A stretch of 64,000 nucleotides of DNA from a bacterium. Its GTDB lineage: Bacteria > Omnitrophota > Gorgyraeia > Zapsychrales > Zapsychraceae. The first letter of the stretch is position 1. Each line of letters opens with the position of its first letter. Of the stretch, positions 40,213-50,195 are shown in pieces. The DNA is taken from positions 9,663 through 73,662 of the forward strand of contig JAUIER010000018.1 of NCBI GenBank assembly GCA_030429765.1. Direction: 5' to 3'. The notes under the pieces were generated by a model that was not told the DNA's origin, searched no databases, and worked only from the letters and a program-made list of their open reading frames with translations. Position numbers and translations under genes: made by a program.

Positions 40213-41727
40213 TTACTGCAGGGATAATGATTGCAGTTTAACCCGTTGATGTTCGTGGTAAACCATTGTCCAGATAATTCCCAACATAATAATAGGAATG
40301 ATCATGGCAGTCATGTATTCCGACTTAAGCCCATCCGCTAGCGTGGCAATGGCCATACCGATTCCGCCAAATGGAGAAATTCCACCGAGAGTCTCCATAC
40401 CGAATTCCAGGTCCGTAAACATGATCACGCTAACCCAGGGAATAATGATCCAGGCGACACCAATGACCGTGACAAAAAATATCCGATTATTTCGCAGAGG
40501 ACTTAACCGAAAGTATTCAAGAAATCCGGCGAATATGGCAATGTACAAACTCGTCATTCCGATGGCCAAGACGGAACGTGCGATCGACTCCGTACCGATC
40601 AATGCATAGGGAATCACAAAAACACAGCCCATTAATATGTACATCAACAGTACAAAAACACTTGAGGCTCCATCCCCCATAATGTTTACACCTTGAATCA
40701 ATCCGGAACCGCGCAAGGCAAAAAATTTGGATAATTTGAAATAGCTGGGCACGCACGCCCCGCAAATCAAAAATCCAACAATCGCGTAGAATATGATGTA
40801 AAAGAATATGTCATCCCCGGGTTGATTGAATCGGCTATAACTGTGGCTACGAAACAGCGGATTAAAATTATGTTCGGCCACCAGAAATCCGGTGATACAG
40901 GCAAAGATATACCCGCAGAACACAAGAATATGTGTCTTGGACCAGACCGGACTATTGGGCTTTTGAAACACTCGACTCAGCCCCTGCAACAGAAGTACAA
41001 CAATGGGCATCTGGACGAGAATTTGTATCAGCAAATTCGGCAGTCTAAACCAATAAAAATATCCCAACGTGGGCAGGTCAACATCCTGAATCAAGTACAC
41101 TATCGCGTTCATGCCCAGCAAATATACTATCAGGGAAGAGTCAAACGCCTCCATCATCGCCAGGATGAACGGTCCGCCTAAAAAAATAATCAGCATCAAA
41201 ATACCAATGGCGCTTCCCCGGCTCTTTTTGGCCGACAGCATGGATAAAGAAAGTCCCACGGTGTGAAAAAACAGACCGGTCATGATGATCGATACATTCC
41301 ACAACAAAAAGTTGAACCATGGAACTTCAGCCATCCATACAAACGGAATCTGTATCAGCATCAGTCCGGCAAAGACCGCCCACTCCAACCAGGTACTCCC
41401 GAAAATTAAACCGAATATTTTTGTCCGGACCGACTCAGGCGAATTCCGATGAAAATCCAGCGTTCCGCTGATCTTCTCCCGTGATCCGATGTACGCCGCG
41501 CATAGAGTCCCCTGGACCAGAAATATCAGCGCCTGTATCACCACAAATACCGCCAGGTATGCGGCGGCCATCTCATCGGCCGCCCGTGAGAATTTCGATA
41601 CGATCGTGCACATCAAAAGCAGGATACTGGACAACACCACAAAAAAGCAAATCAGTTGCACGGGACGGGTCCGCTCATGCCAGCAGCTCAAAAATAACGC
41701 GTTGTTGCGAAGATTAAACGGATTCAT
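40213..41727 (-). CDS. Putative ABC transporter permease
   Basis: Multi-TM; REKISGTLD..SP motif of ABC-2 permeases; ATGA overlap. Confidence 0.75.
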   Translation of the reverse strand: MNPFNLRNNALFLSCWHERTRPVQLICFFVVLSSILLLMCTIVSKFSRAADEMAAAYLAVFVVIQALIFLVQGTLCAAYIGSREKISGTLDFHRNSPESVRTKIFGLIFGSTWLEWAVFAGLMLIQIPFVWMAEVPWFNFLLWNVSIIMTGLFFHTVGLSLSMLSAKKSRGSAIGILMLIIFLGGPFILAMMEAFDSSLIVYLLGMNAIVYLIQDVDLPTLGYFYWFRLPNLLIQILVQMPIVVLLLQGLSRVFQKPNSPVWSKTHILVFCGYIFACITGFLVAEHNFNPLFRSHSYSRFNQPGDDIFFYIIFYAIVGFLICGACVPSYFKLSKFFALRGSGLIQGVNIMGDGASSVFVLLMYILMGCVFVIPYALIGTESIARSVLAIGMTSLYIAIFAGFLEYFRLSPLRNNRIFFVTVIGVAWIIIPWVSVIMFTDLEFGMETLGGISPFGGIGMAIATLADGLKSEYMTAMIIPIIMLGIIWTMVYHEHQRVKLQSLSLQ

Positions 41728-42668
41728 GCGACCTCCTTTGCACCTAATTTCAGAAATATTTCTTCGATATCCTGACTTTTGATCATACACTCTGTCAAAA
41801 CAGCCCCGTTGGCTATCAGCTGTCCGAGAAACTGGGTCGCGTCGTGTTGGGACGAACCAAAATCCACGATGTGCCGGCTTCGATCACGAGTGATTCGACC
41901 GGGATCAATATTGCGCTGATGCGCCACCTGAGTAAGGATTTCCGATCCACGAATATCATCCTCAAACTGCACAATCACGCGATATACACCGCCCAACCGT
42001 TCACGGATCTCCGCGATGCTGCCGGCCACGATGAGCTTGCCTTTTTCTAAAATTATGACGGAGTCGACAAAATCAGCCAGCTCCGACAGGATGTGACTGG
42101 ATATCAGAATGGTCGCCCCCTCGTCACGTGCCTGTTTTAAGAGATCGCGCATCTGCATGCGCGCAATGGGATCCAGTCCACTGGCCGGTTCATCCAGTAA
42201 CAATATTTTAGGGTTTGTCTCCAGGATCTTGGCCAGGACCAGACGCTGTCGCATACCGCGCGATAGTCCTTTGATCAAGGCATCCGATTTGACATTGAGA
42301 TTAACCCGGTCAATCCATTTGCGCACATGGGCTGGTCGTTCACGTTCGTTTAATCCATAAGCGGCGGCAAAGACATCCAGATATTCCCAGACTTTTAAGC
42401 GCTCATACACCGGCGGAAAATCCGGCATGTACCCGACATGGCTCAAGGCCTTGTCTCTTTGTGTCTCAAGGTTAAATCCATCCAGGACAATTTGTCCCAG
42501 TTTGGGTTCAATGATTCCCGCCATGGCCTTGATGGTGGATGTCTTGCCCGCCCCATTCGGCCCGACAAATCCGTAAATCTTGCCGGCTTCGAGATTGAAC
42601 GAAACCCCCTGCACGGCCACGACCTCATCGTAATCCACTCTTAAGTTAGTGATTTCAGCAACATTCAT
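41724..42668 (-). CDS. ABC transporter ATP-binding protein
   Basis: GPNGAGKTS, LSRGM, LDEPASGLDP, SSHIL. Confidence 0.93.
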   Translation of the reverse strand: MNVAEITNLRVDYDEVVAVQGVSFNLEAGKIYGFVGPNGAGKTSTIKAMAGIIEPKLGQIVLDGFNLETQRDKALSHVGYMPDFPPVYERLKVWEYLDVFAAAYGLNERERPAHVRKWIDRVNLNVKSDALIKGLSRGMRQRLVLAKILETNPKILLLDEPASGLDPIARMQMRDLLKQARDEGATILISSHILSELADFVDSVIILEKGKLIVAGSIAEIRERLGGVYRVIVQFEDDIRGSEILTQVAHQRNIDPGRITRDRSRHIVDFGSSQHDATQFLGQLIANGAVLTECMIKSQDIEEIFLKLGAKEVA

Positions 42669-42727
42669 ATTTCGCTCCCTTGTTCGATGTGCCGGAATTT
42701 CCGGCACAAAACCATCAAATCTTCAAT

Positions 42728-42766
42728 GTGTATTACAATTATAATACACTAATACACCTTTGTCAA
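42728..42766 (-). promoter_or_regulatory. Consensus sigma70 promoter overlapped by YtrA-type operator
   Basis: Minus strand TTGACA (42761-66)-N17-TATAAT (42738-43); palindrome GTGTATTA-caatta-TAATACAC (42728-42749). Confidence 0.88.
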
Positions 42767-42997
42767 TCGAATAGACCAAGTAAAATCGAAAAAGCCTCCG
42801 ATCGACTATTTGGTCTGGATATTATGTGAAAGAATATGCCTGGATCTAAAGAGATGGATGGATACAGGGACAGCTGTATAGACCATATTAAGGAAGTGCT
42901 GGCCTGAAGAAGTTTGCAGAACCATGGAACCCCAGGCACAATTAGCCCTTGTGTATGGGAACGTTGAATCTTACGGATATTCGTTGGGCCGTTCCAG

Positions 42998-43903
42998 TTA
43001 AGCGTTGCGCCTTCGGACGGCTAATCCAGCCAGACCCGTGGCAAATAGTATCATACTCGCCGGCTCCGGGATGGCGTTGATCTCGGTGACCTTGGCCCAG
43101 TCCACAAAATACAGGTATGTCTCATTGTCCGCGAGGTTGTCGACCGGCGATAAGGAAGGATCATAGGCCGGATTGAAGAAGAAATTCGGCACCCAGATGT
43201 TCAAGCGTAACCCCATCGGCACCGTCGGAATCTCATCCGTGGCCGAGGCCAGCAGCATGTCATTCACATACCACTGGATTTGATCATCAAACCAGTCGAT
43301 TCGCAATGTATGAAACTCCTCCACGTCCACGCCCGACGGCAGATTGACGAATTGGCCATTACCGGAAGAAGTCGGCGGTTCATCCTGAAAGCGATTGGTA
43401 AACAATTCGCCAGGCAACCGGGTGAGGTTTTCAAAATCGATTTCATCTTTATTATTTGCCGTACCGGTCAATCCAAAGGCAAACATCGATGTCACAATCC
43501 CGCCGGGAAGGTTTGGACCATTTTTGACACGCGCTTCAAAGCGGATCCCCCCTCCATTGGTCGGTTTCCATTCCTGGATGGTGTCCATCTCACTGCCCCA
43601 GAAATTTTGATTGAAGGAAAGGGCCGTCGGGTTATATCGATCCAGCCGAAGTTGAGCCACACCGTCTTCAACCTTTACGCCCGTCGGAATTCCCTCCACC
43701 TCACCGTCGGCGGGATTACGGATAGTGGTGCGGCCGAATGTTGCGGCATTTCCCACCGGCGAGGTCCACTGAGTCCGATCCACATCCGTGCCGTCCACCA
43801 GAAAATCGTCGAAAAATAAAACATTCGCGTCGGCCGGATACGCCGTCGTCAAGAATCCAACCATCATCAACGCCAACCCCAACATAGGCTTGCTCTGAAT
43901 CAT
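42998..43903 (-). CDS. GH16 glycoside hydrolase with PEP-CTERM sorting signal
   Basis: EIDFE catalytic motif, FH...DW...I.WYV; C-terminal IPEPASMILFATGLAGLAVRRR. Confidence 0.88.
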   Translation of the reverse strand: MIQSKPMLGLALMMVGFLTTAYPADANVLFFDDFLVDGTDVDRTQWTSPVGNAATFGRTTIRNPADGEVEGIPTGVKVEDGVAQLRLDRYNPTALSFNQNFWGSEMDTIQEWKPTNGGGIRFEARVKNGPNLPGGIVTSMFAFGLTGTANNKDEIDFENLTRLPGELFTNRFQDEPPTSSGNGQFVNLPSGVDVEEFHTLRIDWFDDQIQWYVNDMLLASATDEIPTVPMGLRLNIWVPNFFFNPAYDPSLSPVDNLADNETYLYFVDWAKVTEINAIPEPASMILFATGLAGLAVRRRNA

Positions 43904-43945
43904 TGCATCATCTCCTTTCAAAAAAACTCCCGTTGATAGCGGACC

Positions 43946-44323
43946 CTAGGCCGCCCGCGCGTGATCGCGCGTCATCAAATTGATGATCGAGAGAATGATT
44001 ACGGATAAATTTAACGAAAACGGATTGAACGCGTAGGTGTAGAGCTCAGGAAGAAAAATCAGGATCGCGATCGAGACCATCACCAGAAATCCGATGGCCA
44101 CAAAATTCAACAGGATATTGCGATAGAGTACGATAAAAAGGACCGCAAGGATCACTTCCATCCAACCGGATACCAATAGAGCGGTTGCTTCCGGCACCGC
44201 CGGCATCATGGTGCTGTTCATCAGCACCTCCTGCGGATGCTTGAACAATAATTTAGGAACCAGTCCGTGATAAAAAAAGATCGCCGCCAGGGTCCAGCGT
44301 GAAATATCATAGATTCGATGCAT
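43946..44323 (-). CDS. DoxX-like family membrane protein
   Basis: FFYHGLVPKL, AFNPFSLN. Confidence 0.8.
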   Translation of the reverse strand: MHRIYDISRWTLAAIFFYHGLVPKLLFKHPQEVLMNSTMMPAVPEATALLVSGWMEVILAVLFIVLYRNILLNFVAIGFLVMVSIAILIFLPELYTYAFNPFSLNLSVIILSIINLMTRDHARAA

Positions 44324-44336
44324 TTTAAAAACCTTG

Positions 44337-44723
44337 TTATGGTTCGACCGGGACGTCCGGTCTGTTCAGCAAAATTCGCAACTCGTCACCACCGTATCCG
44401 TGCACGGAATCATGCGCACGGATGATCACTTCGTGGATCCCGTCGGGTATGGTCACTCCCTGAAGTGCCCGGGTAAACGGCTGTTCATCGACGTGAGGAT
44501 GCCACAATGTCCGCCGGGCGAGTACATTGCCATCAAGATCCAGCACCTCAAAGGCATCGGCATAATGCTCCCATCCCTCATCGGCATGTTCAACCGTCAC
44601 GATAAACGTACACGTCGTATCACACTCGGCCCGCGCCTGCAGCACCGACGCCGGGCCGGCTTGCGCAGGAATGGCCCATATCAGCCAACTGAAGATCAGA
44701 AATAATTTGGAAATAACGCGCAT
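44337..44723 (-). CDS. Exported His-rich hypothetical protein
   Basis: Signal peptide; HADEGWEHYAD, LWHPHVDEQPFTR, AHDSVHG. Confidence 0.75.
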   Translation of the reverse strand: MRVISKLFLIFSWLIWAIPAQAGPASVLQARAECDTTCTFIVTVEHADEGWEHYADAFEVLDLDGNVLARRTLWHPHVDEQPFTRALQGVTIPDGIHEVIIRAHDSVHGYGGDELRILLNRPDVPVEP

Positions 44724-44724
44724 C

Positions 44725-45729
44725 TTACTCCCGCGCCTGGATCATCCGGATCAATCGCGGATACACAGACGCTATATTTTGATTGGGTTGTTCGGGATCA
44801 ATCAGATCATGCCCCAGACCTTCTTCCACGTCGAACTCAAACTGCTCGACCGGATAACCGCTGGCGATCCATCGATCGACCACACCGGCCACACCCTCGG
44901 GACTCACCGCGTGATCGTTGCCATTGGTGACAACCAGAATAGATTCAGCTTTGGGACGTTGATCCTGACTCCATTGTAGCACAGTCCAGGCCAAACGTCT
45001 GATTTCTCCAAGCGCCCCGGATGGAAACCCTTGATACGTCCCGGTGGGTCGTTTGAGACCAGACCTTAACTCCTTGTCCCACCAGATAAAGCGATCCGCG
45101 CCGAGCATAAAATAATTGATCGACGCCTTAAAAAACATATTGTGGATGCGCGCGGTTCCAAAGATCGGCGCGATCAGCACTGCCCGGTCCACATCCGCCC
45201 GTGTCTGCGCGATCCATCCGGCCATCGCTCCGCCCATCGATAAACCGACCACGGTCACCCGCTTGCCCAGACCATGGGCGATATCAACCACTTCGTCGCT
45301 AAACCGTACGAGTTTCTCGGCCGTCATTTGATTGAGTTCCGAGCGCAATTGATCCTCGCGTCCGTGATGGGGGATCCGCGGGATGAAGACATTATAGCCT
45401 TGTTCAAAGAAGATCCGGCCCAACTGCTCAAACTGTCGCGGGCTGCTGGTAAAGCCATGCAGAAAGACAATCACCTCGTCGGTGCGATAGCCGTGATCCA
45501 TCACCAGCATGTGTCCAGTCGGGGACAGATCATCCGGCTCGGCCTGCTTGAGCGACTCGAGCCGGCGTTGGCTCTCCACATAAGTCTGGGCCGGCTGTGC
45601 GCGGGAAAATAATCCGTCGGTATTAATGGGTTTCAGAAAAACAAAGGCGATGATGCCCGTGACTAAAAGCACAATCACGAGGCAGATCATTTTGATAGCG
45701 CGGGTAAAGGCTTGATGAGTTCGTCCCAT
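44725..45729 (-). CDS. Alpha/beta hydrolase (carboxylesterase-like)
   Basis: HGFTSSP, GLSMGG, ND.AV, GHD. Confidence 0.9.
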   Translation of the reverse strand: MGRTHQAFTRAIKMICLVIVLLVTGIIAFVFLKPINTDGLFSRAQPAQTYVESQRRLESLKQAEPDDLSPTGHMLVMDHGYRTDEVIVFLHGFTSSPRQFEQLGRIFFEQGYNVFIPRIPHHGREDQLRSELNQMTAEKLVRFSDEVVDIAHGLGKRVTVVGLSMGGAMAGWIAQTRADVDRAVLIAPIFGTARIHNMFFKASINYFMLGADRFIWWDKELRSGLKRPTGTYQGFPSGALGEIRRLAWTVLQWSQDQRPKAESILVVTNGNDHAVSPEGVAGVVDRWIASGYPVEQFEFDVEEGLGHDLIDPEQPNQNIASVYPRLIRMIQARE

Positions 45730-45734
45730 ATGGT

Positions 45735-46181
45735 CTACGGCTTGGCCGGAAATTTTTGATCGGGCTCGGGCGGTGACAGCACAAAGATCAGCGCGATGGT
45801 GATCAGGATCGCAAAGCCCAGCACAAACAGGATCGGCTGCGCCCAGGTCAGCCAGCCGAAATCGATCGTGGCAATGCGCGGATCCTTGGCGTTATACAGG
45901 ACGACGACATCATCATCCATCTTGACCCGTTTAATAGTCAGCGGCATCATGTCTTCGGTGAGGACCTGCTCGCCTTCGAGCGAACGAAAGGACAGCGTCG
46001 GATACGATCCCAACTTGACATTGCGCTCAACGTGGGTCACCCGGCCGCTCACCCGCTTGCCATCGGCGTTCAAACTGATCAATTGATGCGAGCGGTACAC
46101 CGCCCCGCCGAGAAAGGCCAGGGCCAGCGCAAAACACGCGGCTACCCCAACCCAATCTATTCCACTTGACGATCGTTTCAT
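45735..46181 (-). CDS. DUF3592 domain membrane protein
   Basis: TM - G.V..YP..F - V.V.Y...P..A - TM architecture. Confidence 0.75.
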   Translation of the reverse strand: MKRSSSGIDWVGVAACFALALAFLGGAVYRSHQLISLNADGKRVSGRVTHVERNVKLGSYPTLSFRSLEGEQVLTEDMMPLTIKRVKMDDDVVVLYNAKDPRIATIDFGWLTWAQPILFVLGFAILITIALIFVLSPPEPDQKFPAKP

Positions 46182-46209
46182 AATCTAAAAGACTTCGATA
46201 TATTTATAG

Positions 46210-46773
46210 CTATTGCCGCGCTGGACGCAGCTGCTGTAATTGTTCCTGCAGCTGCCGCCGGAATTTCTGCTGCTCGGCCGCGTACGATTGTTTGAGGGCC
46301 GATCGCTCCTCGTCGCTCGTTGCTGCCTGGAGTTTTTCGGCATAAATTCGTGAACGCTCGGCTTCGGCCCGCATATGCGCCATCGACAGGGCCTGAAACC
46401 GCTCGGCAGGCGCAACGGATACCTGGGCTTTGATTGAATCCCGCGGATTTCGCTTGTCATCCATGTCCGGCTCGACCCGAACGATCGAATGACCGGACGA
46501 TGAAGATTCATCACGTATGATTTCGGCATCACGCTCTTGACGCTGCAACGCGGTCTGCCGTCGCGCCTGCAATTGCCGCGCCCGTCGCTGTTCGATATCC
46601 CGAAATCTCTGCAGGGCTTCTCGTTCAACCTCTGTAGGCTCCACGCGCAGATCCTCGGACGATCGAATGACATCCTGGACCAATGAATCCGCCCGCGCGA
46701 AACCCGGACCAACGGTCAAGAGTCCAAGCCCGCAAACAATAATTTTTGACCAATTTCTGACGTGTTTTTGCAT
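46210..46773 (-). CDS. Exported coiled-coil hypothetical protein
   Basis: Signal peptide; Q/R/E-rich helices. Confidence 0.55.
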   Translation of the reverse strand: MQKHVRNWSKIIVCGLGLLTVGPGFARADSLVQDVIRSSEDLRVEPTEVEREALQRFRDIEQRRARQLQARRQTALQRQERDAEIIRDESSSSGHSIVRVEPDMDDKRNPRDSIKAQVSVAPAERFQALSMAHMRAEAERSRIYAEKLQAATSDEERSALKQSYAAEQQKFRRQLQEQLQQLRPARQ

Positions 46774-46889
46774 AGAATTAAATTTGAATGGAACGCGGTA
46801 TTATAAACGGAATTTGGATGCGTGTGAAGCGGATTTCCTAGAACCTCACGGTCAAAACGCTGATATGTGTCATTTGCCTCCTCCTCGGA

Positions 46890-47582
46890 TTACCGCCGTC
46901 CGGGCTCATCCGGATATAGCTCGGTGGCCAGATCCGACTGCCAAAACGCCTTGGACTCCACGTCCATGATCGTCAATTTACCGCTCCAGCCGGCCCCGGT
47001 ATCAATCGCCCAGACATTACAGACGTGCAGCGGTTCAAGGCTGTCAAAGGCCTGTGTGGTGGTGTGCCCAATGAAAATATCCGTATATGGACCGAACGAG
47101 TAGCTTCGATCAACGGTGTGCTGATGCGCGGCGTTGATAAACAGATCGCGGTCCCAGGTGAACGTGTCCAGACTTTGCTGCTCCAGCGGCTGACGCGGTT
47201 TGAATCCGCCATGCACAAACAGACGATTATCCTCGAGTATGTATGAATTAGAATCGGCGAGAAAGTTGATGTGCACCTGCGGCATCCCCTCAGAACCGTA
47301 CGAGCGAACCGTCCCTTCACCGCCCAGCTTGAGCCAATCGTCGCGCATCACGCCATGCCGCGCCCATTCAAGCGCCCAGACATCGTGATTGCCGATCACA
47401 AAATCACAATTTGGCAGACTGATCAACGCGTCCACACACTCACGCACCTGCGGGTAGCCGTCACACACGTCACCCAGCACGATCAGCCGGTCGTGCTCAG
47501 GCCGAAACGGACTGCGCTCAAAACACTGCATCAACGCTGGATAATTGCCGTGAATGTCTCCAATGACATACTGTCTGGACAT
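46890..47582 (-). CDS. Metallophosphoesterase (Ser/Thr phosphatase family)
   Basis: GDIHG, LGDVCD, GNHD, VHGG, GHT, IDTG. Confidence 0.92.
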   Translation of the reverse strand: MSRQYVIGDIHGNYPALMQCFERSPFRPEHDRLIVLGDVCDGYPQVRECVDALISLPNCDFVIGNHDVWALEWARHGVMRDDWLKLGGEGTVRSYGSEGMPQVHINFLADSNSYILEDNRLFVHGGFKPRQPLEQQSLDTFTWDRDLFINAAHQHTVDRSYSFGPYTDIFIGHTTTQAFDSLEPLHVCNVWAIDTGAGWSGKLTIMDVESKAFWQSDLATELYPDEPGRR

Positions 47583-47613
47583 GATATCCGTGGTTCTATG
47601 AAAAATAAATGAA

Positions 47614-47847
47614 TTAAGAATGACCGGCAATCAACCGGAATCGCGGGACCGTCTTACCGTCGACCTCGACCTCTTCCTGAAACATCTCCAGCGGCCGGAC
47701 CCAGACCGTCCCTTCCGGATGCGCCGAGGCATAAAGTTGCTTGTAGACCACCAGCGCGTCCATGGTCTCGCTGTGATAGGCCACGTCAATGACCTCATAA
47801 TTGTTGCCTTTGTAATGTTGATAAATCCCGGGCTGCAGCTTGGTCAT
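47614..47847 (-). CDS. DUF1653 domain protein
   Basis: G.YQHYKG..Y, HSET...VVY..LY, WVRP..MF, PRF. Confidence 0.92.
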   Translation of the reverse strand: MTKLQPGIYQHYKGNNYEVIDVAYHSETMDALVVYKQLYASAHPEGTVWVRPLEMFQEEVEVDGKTVPRFRLIAGHS

Positions 47848-47871
47848 CCTGTCATCCTTTGGTTACGTGGA

Positions 47872-48363
47872 TCAATTGTCGTCTTCCAACCCCCGGTGCT
47901 CGAGGCTTTCGGGGATTTCACGGTCGCCGTAAAACAGCAGCAGGTTGACGATCTCACGATGCAGGCCATACTCGACGTGTTTGATCTGAACCGAGTTGGC
48001 CTTATGAATATCATTTAGCAAAGCGGAAACACTCTGAATGCGGTCCTGCACACCGCCGCCTTTGACAAAATAAAAGTAATATTTACCGTCGATCAAGAGG
48101 CTGATACTGCCCTGGGCGTGATTGATCGACACCAGATCGATATCATCAATGGGAATCTCAAAGAACTCGGCCTCCACGAAACCGCTGGACCGTTTGGACT
48201 CCATCACCGAGGCATCGGCCAGCTGCACGGCTTCGTAGCCATGTTGCGGTGTGTTCATGGTCGTTATGCGCGCGGGAAGGCAGCCCGCCACCATTGTGCC
48301 CAGCATCAACAGCAAACTCAAACGTATGCTCAATGGTATAGGGTCAAAGGTTGAGTCGTTCAT
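47872..48363 (-). CDS. Hypothetical lipoprotein
   Basis: Lipobox VAGC; AAGGAGG RBS. Confidence 0.65.
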   Translation of the reverse strand: MNDSTFDPIPLSIRLSLLLMLGTMVAGCLPARITTMNTPQHGYEAVQLADASVMESKRSSGFVEAEFFEIPIDDIDLVSINHAQGSISLLIDGKYYFYFVKGGGVQDRIQSVSALLNDIHKANSVQIKHVEYGLHREIVNLLLFYGDREIPESLEHRGLEDDN

Positions 48364-48499
48364 TGTTTCCTCCTTCAGATTCCATTAATGAATTGGACCC
48401 GATCGCGCCATCGGATCACCGGACTTCGGCGGGAATTGCCACACAGATGAAACGTCATAACCAAAGTCCAAGGATTATATCACGATCACCACAAAAGTA

Positions 48500-48636
48500 A
48501 AAAATTAGTGTCAGAACTCCGCAAACATATTTATTCCATACACTTAAGCATTAATTCTCTTTTAGCGTTTAGAATTATTAACGGCGTATGAGTTACTGAA
48601 GTAAAAATACTTAGGGAGTTCTGACACCAATTATTT
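48500..48636. mobile_element. Family-1 TIR element (MITE-like)
   Basis: AAAAATTAGTGTCAGAACTCC ... GGAGTTCTGACACCAATTATTT; right arm contains the ankyrin gene stop codon. Confidence 0.85.
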
Positions 48637-49764
48637 AAGTATGGCGATGATCCGTTCAAAATTTTTGGGATCGACATATTTGTAGTCGCGGAATTCACCG
48701 GCCAGGCCTGCCTTGGCATCCTCTAGAAAATAGTCATGAAGCTCACATCCTTGTTCGACCAATCGCTCCGCCATGTCCGCTGATCCGGCCACGATCGCCC
48801 AGCCCATCGGCGTGTTGTTGTGAATCTCACCCGACCGCTGTTCAATATCCGCTCCCCGTTGAATGAGCGCGTCAGCCGCATCAACCGTATTATTCCAGGC
48901 CGCTGTATGCAGCGCCGTTGACGCGTCATACGCCCCGGTGACGTTGACATCCAGCCCCTGATCGAGCAAAAAATGGATCATGTCGATCTGCCGACCACTG
49001 GCGGCTGTATGCAGCAAGGTGGCTTCGTACCCTACCGTGAAGCTCAGTATGTTATGCGCGTCGCCATCCGCCCCACCGGGAAACTGATCCGGGCTGATCC
49101 GCTGATGCAGCCAATCGGGATGCTCGACCAACATAGCCTCTACCGTGGTGCGATCTCCACACAGCACCGCGGTGAAGATATCAACCTGCGCGCCGCGACG
49201 AATCAAGTGACGGGAAATCACGGGATCGCGGGCGGCAATCCATTGAACGGCCGTGCTGTAATGATCAATATCCCGAGCATTGATATCCGCCCCCCGCTCC
49301 AGCAGCAAATCAACCGCGTCCGTGGAACTCACGAAATGAAGCGGAAGACATCCATCCCCGCCGCGTTGATGCACCAACTCCGGGTTGACGTCTAGCAACT
49401 GCTTGATTTGATCCAGGTCTGCGGTAGCGGCTGCCAAGTGGATATCCATCTCGACGCCCTGTTGGATCAAATAGTCAAATATCCCGTTGTCACGATACTG
49501 ATGGGCCAATAAGGCCGGCGACCAGGGACCGGGCGCCCAATCGCTTTTTTGATTCACGTCCGCCCCCAACTCCATCAGCAGCTCAATCATCGGTAAATTC
49601 CCGCGATGTCCGGCCGCGAGATTCAGACATGTCCCGCCAAATTCATCGTAATCAATCGCGGTTAGCAGCGACGAATCCTGACGTCCCAGCTGACGAACCG
49701 TCTGCAAATCCCCCGTCTTGATCGCACCGAAAAATTTCTTTTGAATATCTGAAACTTGATTCAT
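48631..49764 (-). CDS. Ankyrin repeat protein
   Basis: Repeated TxLHxAA / LLxxGADIN motifs. Confidence 0.92.
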   Translation of the reverse strand: MNQVSDIQKKFFGAIKTGDLQTVRQLGRQDSSLLTAIDYDEFGGTCLNLAAGHRGNLPMIELLMELGADVNQKSDWAPGPWSPALLAHQYRDNGIFDYLIQQGVEMDIHLAAATADLDQIKQLLDVNPELVHQRGGDGCLPLHFVSSTDAVDLLLERGADINARDIDHYSTAVQWIAARDPVISRHLIRRGAQVDIFTAVLCGDRTTVEAMLVEHPDWLHQRISPDQFPGGADGDAHNILSFTVGYEATLLHTAASGRQIDMIHFLLDQGLDVNVTGAYDASTALHTAAWNNTVDAADALIQRGADIEQRSGEIHNNTPMGWAIVAGSADMAERLVEQGCELHDYFLEDAKAGLAGEFRDYKYVDPKNFERIIAILK

Positions 49765-49783
49765 AGGAAAATTCTCATCTTGA

Positions 49784-50158
49784 TTAGGAAAAACTGATAA
49801 AGCGAACAATCGCGAAACTCACCGCAAACGCGTAGGCGCTGACAAAGTTCTCCATGAGAAAGAGATTGTCACTTTTGGCATTTTTGAGCCGATATATCTG
49901 GATAATCCCGCCGGCCGCCGCAACCGGCATCACAATCAGATATATTATCTGTAACCCCGGCGAAACAATTAAGGGCTCCTTCATCACAAACAAACTCAAA
50001 AAACCGATCCCCAATCCAAGCAGCACACAGACAGCAAATGTCAGCTTACCCGGTTTGGGCCTGGTTTCCGGAGTCGTCGATGTCCAGAACAGCAATTCCA
50101 GGACAAATGGAATCACAATCTCGCCGATAAAACTAAAGATGAGGATGATGAAGTCCAT
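49784..50158 (-). CDS. Hypothetical membrane protein (paralog of 22976-23347)
   Basis: 4 hydrophobic segments; motifs shared with 22976-23347. Confidence 0.7.
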   Translation of the reverse strand: MDFIILIFSFIGEIVIPFVLELLFWTSTTPETRPKPGKLTFAVCVLLGLGIGFLSLFVMKEPLIVSPGLQIIYLIVMPVAAAGGIIQIYRLKNAKSDNLFLMENFVSAYAFAVSFAIVRFISFS

Positions 50159-50195
50159 AGAGTTTACGGGTTGTTATTGATTCAAAGTCATAAAC

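Noticed and set aside
42781-42997. Unexplained intergenic DNA of about 220 bp containing GGGACAG
   Set aside because: No partner arm, only short ORFs and no recognisable RNA; insufficient support.
48531-48719. Small ORFs crossing TIR elements (also 33123-33362)
   Set aside because: They overlap real genes, are not conserved between element copies and have no transposase motifs.
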